Source of the DNA: Candidatus Bathyarchaeia archaeon
GTDB lineage: Archaea > Thermoproteota > Bathyarchaeia > Bathyarchaeales > Bathycorpusculaceae
Assembly: GCA_049516875.1 (NCBI GenBank)
Contig: JBEKSS010000011.1
Location: forward strand, 1 to 64,000
DNA: 64,000 nucleotides
Direction of reading: 5' to 3'
This document shows, piece by piece, positions 1 to 9,689 of the stretch. The notes beneath the pieces were generated by a model. It saw only the letters and a program-made list of their open reading frames with translations. It had not been told where the DNA came from and did not search any database. Every line of letters starts with the position of its first letter. Position 1 is the first letter of the stretch. The translations under genes and the position numbers were made by a program.

Positions 1-131
1 TCAGGGATTGTTCTGCGCACGAGCTTTTCCATTTTTGCATGTTGAAGTATATACTGGAGTGAAACAGCAATTTCACGTTCAACCGCTTTGTTTAGCAAGT
101 CTATATATCCTGTTGTTGTTTTAACAGCCAT
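1..131 (-). CDS. Ferritin/bacterioferritin-like protein, N-terminal part (runs off window)
   Basis: Manual translation from ATG at 131: MAVKTTTGYIDLLNKAVEREIAVSLQYILQH..., resembling ferritin-like helix A (LNxAxxxExxxxxQY). Confidence 0.55.
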   Translation of the reverse strand, partial: MAVKTTTGYIDLLNKAVEREIAVSLQYILQHAKMEKLVRRTIP

Positions 132-231
132 GAATAATCACAACTTCTATTCAGAAAGGATCAATTACTTAGATATAAGATTTTTTAGCGCGCGCTGAAT
201 ATTAGTCGTCGTCACCGTCGTAGTCACTGTT

Positions 232-272
232 TGGGTTTAGGGTAAAGTTTACCCCAACCAACCACCAACCAA
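232..272. repeat. Imperfect hairpin repeat, copy 1 (core GGGTAAAGTTTACCC)
   Basis: Palindromic core at 240-255 with TTGG/CCAA-rich arms; related copies at 774-812 and 1389-1420. Confidence 0.7.
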
Positions 273-299
273 AATCTTAAGTGTCTTTCGTTTTGCATT

Positions 300-764
300 A
301 TGGTTGGAGTGTTGCCGCCCTTGGACAAGATTGAAGTCGTCCAAATAGGTGTTGTTAATCGAGATTCACCTGAGGAAGATGAGTTCGATAGAAGTCTTGT
401 TTCCAGAATAGTGCTCAAAAATGAATTTGCGGATGGATTGAAAGGTATTGAGGAATTCTCTCATGTTTTCATTATATACTGGCTGGACAGAATACCCGAC
501 TCTAAGAAGCGTCTGGTTGTCCCTGCAGGAAGTCAGAAACTCGCACAGCAGGTAGGAGTCTTCGCCACGAGAATGCCAATCCGCCCAAATCCTATTGGTT
601 TGAGCATGGTTGAACTTGTCAAGCATGAGAGGAATACTATCTGGGTGCGCGGTCTTGACGCCCTTGACGGTACCCCAGTCCTCGATATCAAGCCGTATCC
701 AGAATGTGTCAAAGGAAAATTCATTATTGCCGACAAATTCAAGGTCCCCAACTGGCTACGTTAA
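300..764 (+). CDS. tsaA: TrmO/TsaA (YaeB) family tRNA methyltransferase
   Basis: Motifs GLKGIEEFSH, GVFATR-P-RPNPIGLS, GLDALDGTPVLDIKPY. Confidence 0.9.
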   Translation: MVGVLPPLDKIEVVQIGVVNRDSPEEDEFDRSLVSRIVLKNEFADGLKGIEEFSHVFIIYWLDRIPDSKKRLVVPAGSQKLAQQVGVFATRMPIRPNPIGLSMVELVKHERNTIWVRGLDALDGTPVLDIKPYPECVKGKFIIADKFKVPNWLR

Positions 765-773
765 GCATAATCC

Positions 774-812
774 TTGGTTGGTGGATAAAACTTTACCCCA
801 AAACCAACTAAT
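774..812. repeat. Imperfect hairpin repeat, copy 2
   Basis: ttggttggtggataaaactttaccccaaaaccaa, between the two genes. Confidence 0.6.
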
Positions 813-852
813 CCAAATATAAGAATGTTGAGTATTTCAGTTGGAATAGCCT

Positions 853-1410
853 ATGGTGGTCAAGTGCACGGCTCTGGGGTTCGTGATATTAGCCCTTGGG
901 ATAATCTTCGTACTGGTTTCGCAGATGACCTTCAAGACGGAATATTATGCTTTGGTAGATACCAAGTCGTTTTCGGCTGGTCAACCGTTGGAGTTTTATT
1001 GGACATTTGAAGGAAACAAGAGCTATCGATTCGAAGTCAAAACATTGAATTGGACATACCCTTCACCGTACATTCACTGGATGTCCGTTTCAAACGACAC
1101 GCTTTATGCTGACCCACGCAACAATGTCATATCACCTCCTTACATGTTTTATTGGCAGGCGGGCTTCAATACAACAACTCAGAGAGTAGTCTGGTGGCAT
1201 TTTGGTGATAATAATAGCCGAGTAGTCGAAACTCCGGATGCAAGTGCACACGTGGACGTTTCAGAGCTTAGAGAGAAAGCTTCTCAGCCCACCGAATTAA
1301 TCTATGCGGGTGCCCCGCTCATCGCTATAGGAACCACTCTAACCGTGATAACCGAGCGTGTACGCCGTCATCGGGTGCGCCACGTAAGTTGGTTGGTTGG
1401 GTTGGGGTAA
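853..1410 (+). CDS. Hypothetical membrane protein (N- and C-terminal hydrophobic helices)
   Basis: 185-aa ORF with two hydrophobic segments. Confidence 0.6.
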   Translation: MVVKCTALGFVILALGIIFVLVSQMTFKTEYYALVDTKSFSAGQPLEFYWTFEGNKSYRFEVKTLNWTYPSPYIHWMSVSNDTLYADPRNNVISPPYMFYWQAGFNTTTQRVVWWHFGDNNSRVVETPDASAHVDVSELREKASQPTELIYAGAPLIAIGTTLTVITERVRRHRVRHVSWLVGLG

Positions 1411-1420
1411 AGTTTACCCC
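1389..1420. repeat. Imperfect hairpin repeat, copy 3 (right arm replaced by a CG run)
   Basis: ttggttggttgggttggggtaaagtttacccc immediately followed by cgcgcgcgct. Confidence 0.65.
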
Positions 1421-1430
1421 CGCGCGCGCT

Positions 1431-1559
1431 ATGTACAAAGAGATAATTGCGGTTGCCCAGAAAGAGGGCGATGTGACAACCGCTTTCCTTTTCATGGAGA
1501 TACTGAAGGACGAAGAAGGCCATCACGACACTTTCACCACTCTGCTTGAGCAAGTGTAA
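1431..1559 (+). pseudogene. 3' remnant of a ferritin/bacterioferritin-like gene
   Basis: MYKEIIAVAQKEGDVTTAFLFMEILKDEEGHHDTFTTLLEQV*: GDxTT and ExxH motifs of the last helices; begins right after the CG run at 1421-1429. Confidence 0.7.
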
Positions 1560-1692
1560 GACTGCGGCATCAACGCATCAGCCTATTGAGTAATCCTCCC
1601 CTTTTTCTGATTTTGCTTCTTCCCTTGAGTTTTTGCACTTGCCAAAAGCTTAATCTCTTAAAACAATTACTAAAATCAAATGGATGAGAAGA

Positions 1693-1830
1693 ATGAAATC
1701 TAGCGAAAGCGTACCTTTGTGTGAAAAGTGCGGTTATCCCATTGATGAGTGCAAGTGTGTTTGTCCGTACTGCGGTGAATCTTCTGGCTGCGAGTGTTGC
1801 ATAGGTACTGATGTGGTTACTGGCGGCTGA
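1693..1830 (+). CDS. Small Cys-rich (metallothionein/zinc-finger-like) protein ending in GG
   Basis: 45 aa with 9 Cys: MKSSESVPLCEKCGYPIDECKCVCPYCGESSGCECCIGTDVVTGG. Confidence 0.65.
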   Translation: MKSSESVPLCEKCGYPIDECKCVCPYCGESSGCECCIGTDVVTGG

Positions 1831-1884
1831 GACACCGGCTGCTCACTGACAAACCTCCTATGAATTCGACAGGGGAGAAGAAAG

Positions 1885-3804
1885 ATGGAAGAAATCAACT
1901 GGATGGCAGGTGGGCCTCAAGGAGCAGGAGTCGACTCTGCCGCAAACATTTTTGGCAGAGCATGCGGCTACGGCGGCCTTTACGTTTTTGGAAGAAGAGA
2001 GTATCACTCAAACATCAAAGGCTTGCACAGCTATTTTCACTTGCGTGCTTCGCAACGGGAGGTCTTGGCCAACGTGAACGATGTGGATTTGCTGGCTGCT
2101 TTCGACGCTGAAACAGTGGTCAGGCACGTAGGCGAGGTAGTTTCTGGCGGCGGCATAATCGTGGACAAGGAGCAAGTCGGCACACGCGTCCTAGGGATAC
2201 CTACGTTGCCGCCTGAGTTCAGGGATGAAGTTAGCAAGTACATAGGTCAGAAAGGTTTAGGGGAAAGTCTGAGCGACTTTCTCGACGATGCGAAGAAAAC
2301 GGGGGTGCACGTTTTCGAAATTCCATACATGGAACTGCTCAAAACAATCGCGGCAAGGCTTGGAATAGAGCAATTAAGCAAGGTCACCCGCATGATAAAC
2401 GTTCTGACGATGGGAGTTTCTTTTGCATTGCTTGACTATGAGCGTGGCTTGGTTGAGAAGGCTGTCACAGCCGTTTTTTCGGATAAGCCGAAGGTCGTGG
2501 AAATGAACATCATGGCTTTGCGAGAAGCGTACGATTACACGAAGCGGACGTTCATTGATGCTTTTCCTTACAGGCTTGTGAATGCCGATGCGAAGGAAGA
2601 GAGAATCTTCGTTTCAGGAAATGAAGCTGTCGCAATGGGCAAAGTTCTCGGCGGATGTCGCGTCCAAACCTACTATCCCATAACGCCAGCCGCGGATGAA
2701 AGCGAGTACCTCGAGGCTCACGAGATTCTGAAGACTAAAGCCGGAGAGGGAGGAATAGTTGTTCTTCAGACAGAAGACGAAATTGCCGCCGTGAACTCGG
2801 CCTCAGGAGCTGCATTGGCAGGTGCCCGAGCCGCAACCTCAACTTCAGGACCCGGGTTTTCGCTTATGGTTGAGGGCCTAAGCTGGGCTGGCAACTCAGA
2901 AGTGCCCTTGGTTATAACTTATTATCAGCGGGGAGCTCCCGCTACTGGTTTGCCGACGCGCCACGGGCAGGCTGACCTGAGGTTTGCCGTTCACGCTGGT
3001 CACGGAGAATTCCCACGCATAATCCTTGCGTCCGGCGACATCAGAGAATGCTTCTACGACGCTGCACGCGCGTTCAATTATGCAGAACGGTTCCAGCTGC
3101 CCGTTATCCATTTGATCGACAAAGCCATGGCTAACTGTTCCCAAACCTACCCTCTCTTTGACACTAGTCACTTCAAGATTCAAAGAGGTGACATTCTTGA
3201 CGAAACCAAGCTTCAAGATCAACCGTATAAACGGTTCAGTTTTACGGACACAGGCGTGTCTCCAAGAGTCGTGCTGGGCACAAGAAACGGCGTTCACTGG
3301 TGCACAGGAGACGAACACAACGAGTTCGGACACATCAGCGAAGAACCCTTCAACAGGGTCAAGATGGTTGAAAAGAGGATGAAAAAACTCGAATTGATTA
3401 ATAAGGAAGTTCCCGTTGAAGAAAAAGTCAACTTTTTCGGGGACAGAGGCTCTGAAAACATGGTTGTCAGTTGGGGATCTCCGAAAGGAGCTATTCTTGA
3501 AGCCATGGAAGCGTTGAAGGCCGAGGGCTTCAGTCTAGGTTTCATGCAGTTGCGAATGTTGCACCCGCTTCCGAAAGAGTATGTAGCCAGCACTCTGAAA
3601 AAGGCGCGGAAAGTGATTGACGTTGAGGGGAACTACCTGGGGCAGCTCGGAGGGATGCTGAAGGAAGAGACAGGGGTTCAGGTGAACTTCTATGTCTTAA
3701 AGTACACGGGCAGACCGATAACAACGACTGAAGTCTACGCTGCGCTGAAGAATGTCCTGAGTGGACAAGCCGCCGAAAGGCAGGTGTTAACCTATGGCTC
3801 ATAA
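1885..3804 (+). CDS. korA: 2-oxoacid:ferredoxin oxidoreductase alpha subunit (gamma-alpha fusion)
   Basis: GGPQGAG, YYPITP, EDEIAA, TSTSGPGFSLM motifs; 639 aa. Confidence 0.95.
   Translation: MEEINWMAGGPQGAGVDSAANIFGRACGYGGLYVFGRREYHSNIKGLHSYFHLRASQREVLANVNDVDLLAAFDAETVVRHVGEVVSGGGIIVDKEQVGTRVLGIPTLPPEFRDEVSKYIGQKGLGESLSDFLDDAKKTGVHVFEIPYMELLKTIAARLGIEQLSKVTRMINVLTMGVSFALLDYERGLVEKAVTAVFSDKPKVVEMNIMALREAYDYTKRTFIDAFPYRLVNADAKEERIFVSGNEAVAMGKVLGGCRVQTYYPITPAADESEYLEAHEILKTKAGEGGIVVLQTEDEIAAVNSASGAALAGARAATSTSGPGFSLMVEGLSWAGNSEVPLVITYYQRGAPATGLPTRHGQADLRFAVHAGHGEFPRIILASGDIRECFYDAARAFNYAERFQLPVIHLIDKAMANCSQTYPLFDTSHFKIQRGDILDETKLQDQPYKRFSFTDTGVSPRVVLGTRNGVHWCTGDEHNEFGHISEEPFNRVKMVEKRMKKLELINKEVPVEEKVNFFGDRGSENMVVSWGSPKGAILEAMEALKAEGFSLGFMQLRMLHPLPKEYVASTLKKARKVIDVEGNYLGQLGGMLKEETGVQVNFYVLKYTGRPITTTEVYAALKNVLSGQAAERQVLTYGS
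3781..3797 (+). repeat. attL core (17 bp)
   Basis: CAGGTGTTAACCTATGG, identical to 10779-10795. Confidence 0.92.
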
Positions 3805-3857
3805 CTCGAAATTCGCGGTTAACACCCGAACCCAAAATCCTAAACCTACTCATTAAA

Positions 3858-4703
3858 ATGAAGAACAACGGACAAGCCGACACAAGCATCAAAACAGTCA
3901 ACAACATCCTAAAAATCATCAGCAAACACGCCGACCTAAACAACCCCGAAACAGTACAACAATTCATAGCCAACTTACAACGAACCAACACCTACAAAAA
4001 CAACCTATGCAAAACCTATCTAAAATATTGCAGACACTACGAAATCAAATGGACAAAACCAAAATACACACCAGACACCAAAATAATAAAAATACCAACA
4101 AAAGAAAAACTCGAAATGCTGATAGCCACCGCAGGAACAATCCTATCAATCAAACTTCAAATCAGCATGGAAACAGGACTAAGACCAATAGAACTATGCA
4201 ACTTAAAAGTTAAAGACATAGACCTAGAACAACGAACAATCTATCCAACCACAGCCAAACACGGAGCAAGCCGAACATTAAAAATATCCAACAGCCTACG
4301 AGACACAATCCAAAACCACATCAACAAAAACAAACTAAACCTGAATGACAAACTGTTCAAAGGAACACCAACCCAATACGGAAACAACTACCGAGAAATG
4401 AGAAACCGACTAGCCCGAAAACTACACGACCCATCAATACAAACCATCAGCCTCTACGCATTCAGACACTACTTCGCAACCACACTATACGCCAAAACCA
4501 AAGATATACTCCTAGTTAAACAACAAATGGGTCACAAACGAATAGAAACCACCATGATATACACACAACTCCAAAACTACAACGAAGACGAATGGACATG
4601 CAAAACAGCCACCAACGTAACCGAAGCAACCGCACTAATAGAAACAGGATTCGAGTACATACAAGACATAGACGGAATCAAACTATACCGAAAACGCAAA
4701 TAA
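3858..4703 (+). CDS. Tyrosine recombinase, C-terminal fragment (intC); frame is open back through attL
   Basis: TGLRPIE, TAKHG, YAFRH, MGH and TMIY motifs; no stop codon between 3783 and the ATG at 3858. Confidence 0.92.
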   Translation: MKNNGQADTSIKTVNNILKIISKHADLNNPETVQQFIANLQRTNTYKNNLCKTYLKYCRHYEIKWTKPKYTPDTKIIKIPTKEKLEMLIATAGTILSIKLQISMETGLRPIELCNLKVKDIDLEQRTIYPTTAKHGASRTLKISNSLRDTIQNHINKNKLNLNDKLFKGTPTQYGNNYREMRNRLARKLHDPSIQTISLYAFRHYFATTLYAKTKDILLVKQQMGHKRIETTMIYTQLQNYNEDEWTCKTATNVTEATALIETGFEYIQDIDGIKLYRKRK

Positions 4704-4785
4704 CCCCCCTTTCTAACGCGCGCTGTTCTTTGAATCTTAAATTGATTCTACAATTCTAAGCACACTTCAAATTCACAAACTTTAT

Positions 4786-6168
4786 TTGCTATTAGAACAG
4801 ATTTCAATTCAGTGCATCAGGCAAACTGTAGAACGTAAAGAGGATTCGAGGAATTTGACTGTTGAGCCAATAGAGTTCAAATGTCCGCTTTGTCACTCCT
4901 CTCTAGCAAGCGCTGATTATTATCGAGCAATTGAGGAACTCAAGAAGAAAATTTCAGAGACTTACGGTGAAGAACACAAAAAGGCTAAACAGGAATATGA
5001 ACAGAAGCTTCAGCAAATAAGCCAAGGTCATAAAAATGAAGTTGCTGACCTAAAGCGAGCATACGAGGAAACAAAAAAGACACTGAAGCAAGAAATGGAG
5101 GACACATATAGGCAACAACTTGCAGAGTTTAAGAAGACCTATGACAAAATCAACAAAGACAACAAAAGACATTTCGAGGTTCTAGAAAAGAAACTCAAAA
5201 CTGAAGGGAAAAAGGAACTTCAAGAAAAGGAAAAGCAGCTTAAAGAGCTTAGAAGAGAGCAAAATCGTTTGAAAAAACTCGCTTTTAATGAAGGCAAATC
5301 AAGAGCTGAGCTTGAAACAGCAAAGTTAAGGAATGACCTTACAGAACGAGACATACAGATAGAACGATTCAGGCGCGAGGCTGATGAACTGAGAAGGCAG
5401 TTATCGCAAAGCCAGGCAGAATTGAAAGGCGAGGCTGGAGAAATCGACCTTTACTCTAGACTCACTCAGGAATTTCAACAAGACTTTTTCACTCGGCAGA
5501 AAAGGGGCAAAGCTATGGGAGACATTATCCAACGAATCAGGACTGCCACAACGACACTGGAAACACCAATTGTGTATGACAACAAACAATCCGACAACGT
5601 TACTAGCAAAGACATAGAGAAAGCCAAGGGATACAAGGACGTTCATGCAACGGATTATGTTATTATAGTTTCAAGCAACTTGCCAAAAAAGGATGTTAAA
5701 AATGGATTGTTCGGTGAAAGAGACGGGATTTTGCTCTGCCATCCAACCATAGTGGTTGATATTGCCAAACAAATACGAAGAGCCATCATCGAAATTTCCA
5801 AACAATCAGAAAGTCGGATAGACCGTGAGACCAAAGAGTCGAAATTGTATGACTACATAAGAAGCCAAGAATTCGCAGGAACTGTGAAGAAATTGCATGA
5901 CATCTACCAAAAAATGGCTGACATACAGGATAGTGAAGAAAAAGCACATGGAAGATTATGGAGAGAGAGAAAGAAATTGCAGTTACAAATAAACGACACA
6001 TACAACGGAATTTCTAATGGAATAGACTGCATCATACAAGAGAGAATTCCAATGCAAGAACTTTTGGAAGAGCATGGAAAGGAAAAGGAGACAGAAGAAG
6101 CCCCCAGAGAAACAATCGAACCGCTCTTGATAAAGAGAAGGAAGAAGAAAAGGCAGAGCATAGCCTGA
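4786..6168 (+). CDS. DUF2130-like protein: zinc knuckle, coiled coil and PD-(D/E)XK-like domain (true start possibly TTG 4855)
   Basis: CPLC, long coiled coil, KGEAGE...GDII...YDNK pattern. Confidence 0.65.
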   Translation: MLLEQISIQCIRQTVERKEDSRNLTVEPIEFKCPLCHSSLASADYYRAIEELKKKISETYGEEHKKAKQEYEQKLQQISQGHKNEVADLKRAYEETKKTLKQEMEDTYRQQLAEFKKTYDKINKDNKRHFEVLEKKLKTEGKKELQEKEKQLKELRREQNRLKKLAFNEGKSRAELETAKLRNDLTERDIQIERFRREADELRRQLSQSQAELKGEAGEIDLYSRLTQEFQQDFFTRQKRGKAMGDIIQRIRTATTTLETPIVYDNKQSDNVTSKDIEKAKGYKDVHATDYVIIVSSNLPKKDVKNGLFGERDGILLCHPTIVVDIAKQIRRAIIEISKQSESRIDRETKESKLYDYIRSQEFAGTVKKLHDIYQKMADIQDSEEKAHGRLWRERKKLQLQINDTYNGISNGIDCIIQERIPMQELLEEHGKEKETEEAPRETIEPLLIKRRKKKRQSIA

Positions 6169-6538
6169 AGTACTCTTGACATGAAGAGCCATAGGATCAT
6201 CCCTTCCATTCAAAAAGCGCGCGCTTCTATCATAATAGGAGTGTACTTCTGTCCAGTTCCTCGGCTAACGCCTCGTCACCCGACAAAAACCAAAACAAAA
6301 ACCTAAACCACACACAACTTCAAACGCTCAACCTTGCACAAACGTGCAGCGCGCGCGCAAATAACCCTCTTTTTTCTATCGTCAACAGACCTAACGGCTC
6401 AAGTCGCTTCGCTCCTTTCGCCGTGCGCGCTAAAAGATATAAAAACGTAGACATGAAGAATAGCACGCGCTTTAAATAGAAACCAATTTAACTAAGCGCG
6501 CGCGCTAGTTTTTCAAGAAATTAAAGTGGGAATAGTCA

Positions 6539-8257
6539 ATGACAGAAATAACGACTCAGTCTCTCTTCGAGTTTAAAGGAATTGGCACACTACTGAAGTC
6601 TGGACGATTGAAGGTTCCGCCTAACCAGCGTGAATATTCATGGGAAGACAAACATATCAGCGATCTATTCCAAGATTTTCAAAAGGCAATAAGAACCAAG
6701 CAGTCTATTTATTTCTTAGGAACAATCGTAGTCTCAAAAGGTTCAAAAAACGTTCCAGAAGTCGTGGATGGACAACAGAGGCTAGCAACAACGACAATTT
6801 TGCTAGCTGCAATCAGGGATTATTTCTACTTGAAAGAACAAAAGACTTTGCAGAATGCCATTGACACTGAATATCTATTCAAAATTGACCGTGAACAAGT
6901 GGATACTGTGCCAAAGTTATCATTGAATACCGATGACAATGAATACTTCAAGAACCGAATAATTGCTTTGCCAAACAGCAAAGAACGATTATCGACAGAA
7001 CCAAAGAAAGAATCTCATAAAAGGATTGATTTTGCAGCTAATAAAGCAGAAGCTTTGATCCAGAACCTAGTGAAGGATCAGACTGATTTTAGGAATGTCA
7101 AAGATATTCTAAACGAATGGATTGACTTCGTTGAATCGAAGGCTACTATTATTCAATTGACTGTTCCTGATGAAGTGAATGCTTTCATGATGTTTGAAAC
7201 CCTGAATGACCGTGGACTTAAAACATCTCAAGCTGATTTAGTTAAGAATTTTCTTTTTCATGAAGCAGATGACCGAATACAGGAGGCTCAACAAAGATGG
7301 TCTAAAATGATTGCGATTCTGGAAACTTTGGGAATTGAAGAAATAGTCATGACATATCTGCGACACTTAGTAATAGCATTGTATGGACCAACACGTGAGA
7401 AAGAGATATTCGAGAAGATTCAGAAAAAGGTACAAGGAAGAGGTCAAGCAATCACGTTCTTAGATAACCTCGCTGATTACGCAGATAGTTATGCTGCGAT
7501 ACTCACTCCGACACATGCAAAATGGAACGATTATTTGCCTCAAATGCCTGAGACTATTGCGAATCTTAGGGATTTGAAAGTACAGCAAATACGTCCGTTA
7601 ATGCTCGCGGTTGCAAAACGCTTTGATCAGATAGAAACCCTCAATGCCTTTCGTTCGTTTATTTGTTGGACTGTCAGGTTCTTAATCGCTGGCGGTATGA
7701 GAGGTGGACAATTAGAAGACGCATATGGAGATAAAGCACATGATGTTTCCATAGGCAAATTTAAGAACACTAAGGAACTCCTTAGCAGCCTGATAGAAGT
7801 AATTCCTTCTGACGGCGAATTCAAATCAGCTTTTGCTACTGCAAGAGTATCACAGCATAATCTTGCTCGATATTACTTGCGCGCTATAGAACGCTATGTC
7901 ATGAAGGATGTTCAACCAGAAGTGGTTCCTGAGCAAGACACGAATTTTCTTAATTTGGAACATATCTTGCCTCAAGAACGCTCTGCTAATTGGTCGCATA
8001 TTGACTCTGAAACGGCAGACGCTTACACTAAGAGGATTGGAAATCTTACACTGTTAAAGTCAAAACTCAATGCTGATTTTGGAAATGCTCCATTTCAGAC
8101 TAAACGAACTGAATTTCAGAAATCACCACTAATGATAACTCAAATGGTCTATGACCTGACAAATGAACATACTCTCTGGGGACCAAATGATATAAACGAA
8201 AGACAAAGAAAACTTGCTGACTTAGCAGTTGAAACATGGCCACTTTCTCCAAAATAA
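6539..8257 (+). CDS. DUF262 + DUF1524 (GmrSD/SspE-like) modification-dependent nuclease
   Basis: QREYSW, VVDGQQRL, FETLNDRG, LEHILPQ, IGNLTLL motifs. Confidence 0.9.
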   Translation: MTEITTQSLFEFKGIGTLLKSGRLKVPPNQREYSWEDKHISDLFQDFQKAIRTKQSIYFLGTIVVSKGSKNVPEVVDGQQRLATTTILLAAIRDYFYLKEQKTLQNAIDTEYLFKIDREQVDTVPKLSLNTDDNEYFKNRIIALPNSKERLSTEPKKESHKRIDFAANKAEALIQNLVKDQTDFRNVKDILNEWIDFVESKATIIQLTVPDEVNAFMMFETLNDRGLKTSQADLVKNFLFHEADDRIQEAQQRWSKMIAILETLGIEEIVMTYLRHLVIALYGPTREKEIFEKIQKKVQGRGQAITFLDNLADYADSYAAILTPTHAKWNDYLPQMPETIANLRDLKVQQIRPLMLAVAKRFDQIETLNAFRSFICWTVRFLIAGGMRGGQLEDAYGDKAHDVSIGKFKNTKELLSSLIEVIPSDGEFKSAFATARVSQHNLARYYLRAIERYVMKDVQPEVVPEQDTNFLNLEHILPQERSANWSHIDSETADAYTKRIGNLTLLKSKLNADFGNAPFQTKRTEFQKSPLMITQMVYDLTNEHTLWGPNDINERQRKLADLAVETWPLSPK

Positions 8258-8387
8258 GAGGAAAACCTTGCTTACGAAGGTTCTTAGCCACCACAAATAA
8301 CTTAACAGTATCCTATAACCGCGCGCGCTAGAGTCTAGAAGAAGACGGCAACACCAACAGGAGAACCACCCGACTCAGAGCCAGACA

Positions 8388-9341
8388 TTAATAACCACCC
8401 TCATCTTCAACATGGTCAATCATAAAATCTTTCAAAAAACCACGCTCACCTCTATTAGAAACAATCGGCTCAGCACCATAAGGATACCCCAACTCCATCG
8501 GACTGTGACACACGACACACTTGTGCTCAACAGGTCTAACAACCGTCTTCAACTTACGATTACCAACAACACCAAACCACTTAACAATCTGAAACCGTTT
8601 AACACCAACCTTCAAAGACGCGTGCTCAAGTTGATACCAAGCAGTACCAAACACATTTTCACGCTTCTCAACAACACCCTTCTCATTCTTAGCCAAACTA
8701 ACAATCCAACCATCGTTAACATGAGCCCTTCGCGTCCGACCCTCAAAACCATCACAATCCCAACAATGCCCGACCTTAACACAATTCCTACAACGGTCAT
8801 AACCACCCTCAATATAACCAAGGCAATGGAAGTGTGGGCTCCAAAATAAATCACGCCGAGCATAATCCTTGCGATGACCATGCAGAATTATACATCCACC
8901 GATAACACCGCTAGCCTTCAAAGCCAAAATCGCATTCCTCGACAAAACCTCATACGACAAACCATAATCCCTCTTCGGAACAGACGCACTAAGATGCTCG
9001 ACATCCAAATAACGCAAACCCAAAACACTCTCAGCCGTAAGAAAACGAGAATTAATACTATTAGCTTCCCGAACAGCCCAACCATACTTCCAACAACGCG
9101 AACAACAAGGACGATGACAATTCATAACAACATTATGCCAAATATCCTTCCCCATAAACACACCATCATGCAACTCAACAGCACCACACTTATAGTAACA
9201 TCTATGCTTACCACAATAATCAGAAGTCACACCACCACGACCAACAAGAGTGTACTCACTACGAAAACCACCACGCACAGACCACGAATCGTACTGACTA
9301 ATCCATAAAGCTTCATCCTTACCAAAACCCACAACACGCAA
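8388..9341 (-). CDS. HUH-superfamily rolling-circle replication initiator
   Basis: HUH motif WSPHFHCLGY, downstream Tyr (WYQLEH), Cys clusters (CHRPCCSRC; CxxC pairs). Confidence 0.75.
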   Translation of the reverse strand: MRVVGFGKDEALWISQYDSWSVRGGFRSEYTLVGRGGVTSDYCGKHRCYYKCGAVELHDGVFMGKDIWHNVVMNCHRPCCSRCWKYGWAVREANSINSRFLTAESVLGLRYLDVEHLSASVPKRDYGLSYEVLSRNAILALKASGVIGGCIILHGHRKDYARRDLFWSPHFHCLGYIEGGYDRCRNCVKVGHCWDCDGFEGRTRRAHVNDGWIVSLAKNEKGVVEKRENVFGTAWYQLEHASLKVGVKRFQIVKWFGVVGNRKLKTVVRPVEHKCVVCHSPMELGYPYGAEPIVSNRGERGFLKDFMIDHVEDEGGY

Positions 9342-9371
9342 AAACTTCGTATCATCAGGCAGAAGACCACC

Positions 9372-9584
9372 TCACTTACGACGCACGCCTTTAAAACGCG
9401 GGCACCGCCAAACAAGAACAATACAACTATTCAAATCTCGAAACCATATACAGTGAACGAAATCTCGACATGGCAAACCATCCGCACAACAATACAATCG
9501 AGAAACATCATCAAAGCCGAAGCACCGACCCTCTTCTGAAACTAACGATAAAATAACACAAACATCCTCACTCAACGCATTCAC
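9372..9584 (-). CDS. Small Cys-rich hypothetical protein upstream of rep
   Basis: 70-aa ORF with several Cys, co-oriented with rep. Confidence 0.4.
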   Translation of the reverse strand: MNALSEDVCVILSLVSEEGRCFGFDDVSRLYCCADGLPCRDFVHCIWFRDLNSCIVLVWRCPRFKGVRRK

Positions 9585-9689
9585 CTACGCCTCACATGCT
9601 TCGAAACCGCGCGCACTTTTTCGTTTTTTCCAGCACCCATTTCTTTCGCCTGCTATAGGACAGATAGCAAGTTTTATATAACATATGAT

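Noticed and set aside
8412-9308. Thr/Asn/Ile-rich plus-strand ORFs
   Set aside because: By-products of the A/C skew opposite the rep gene
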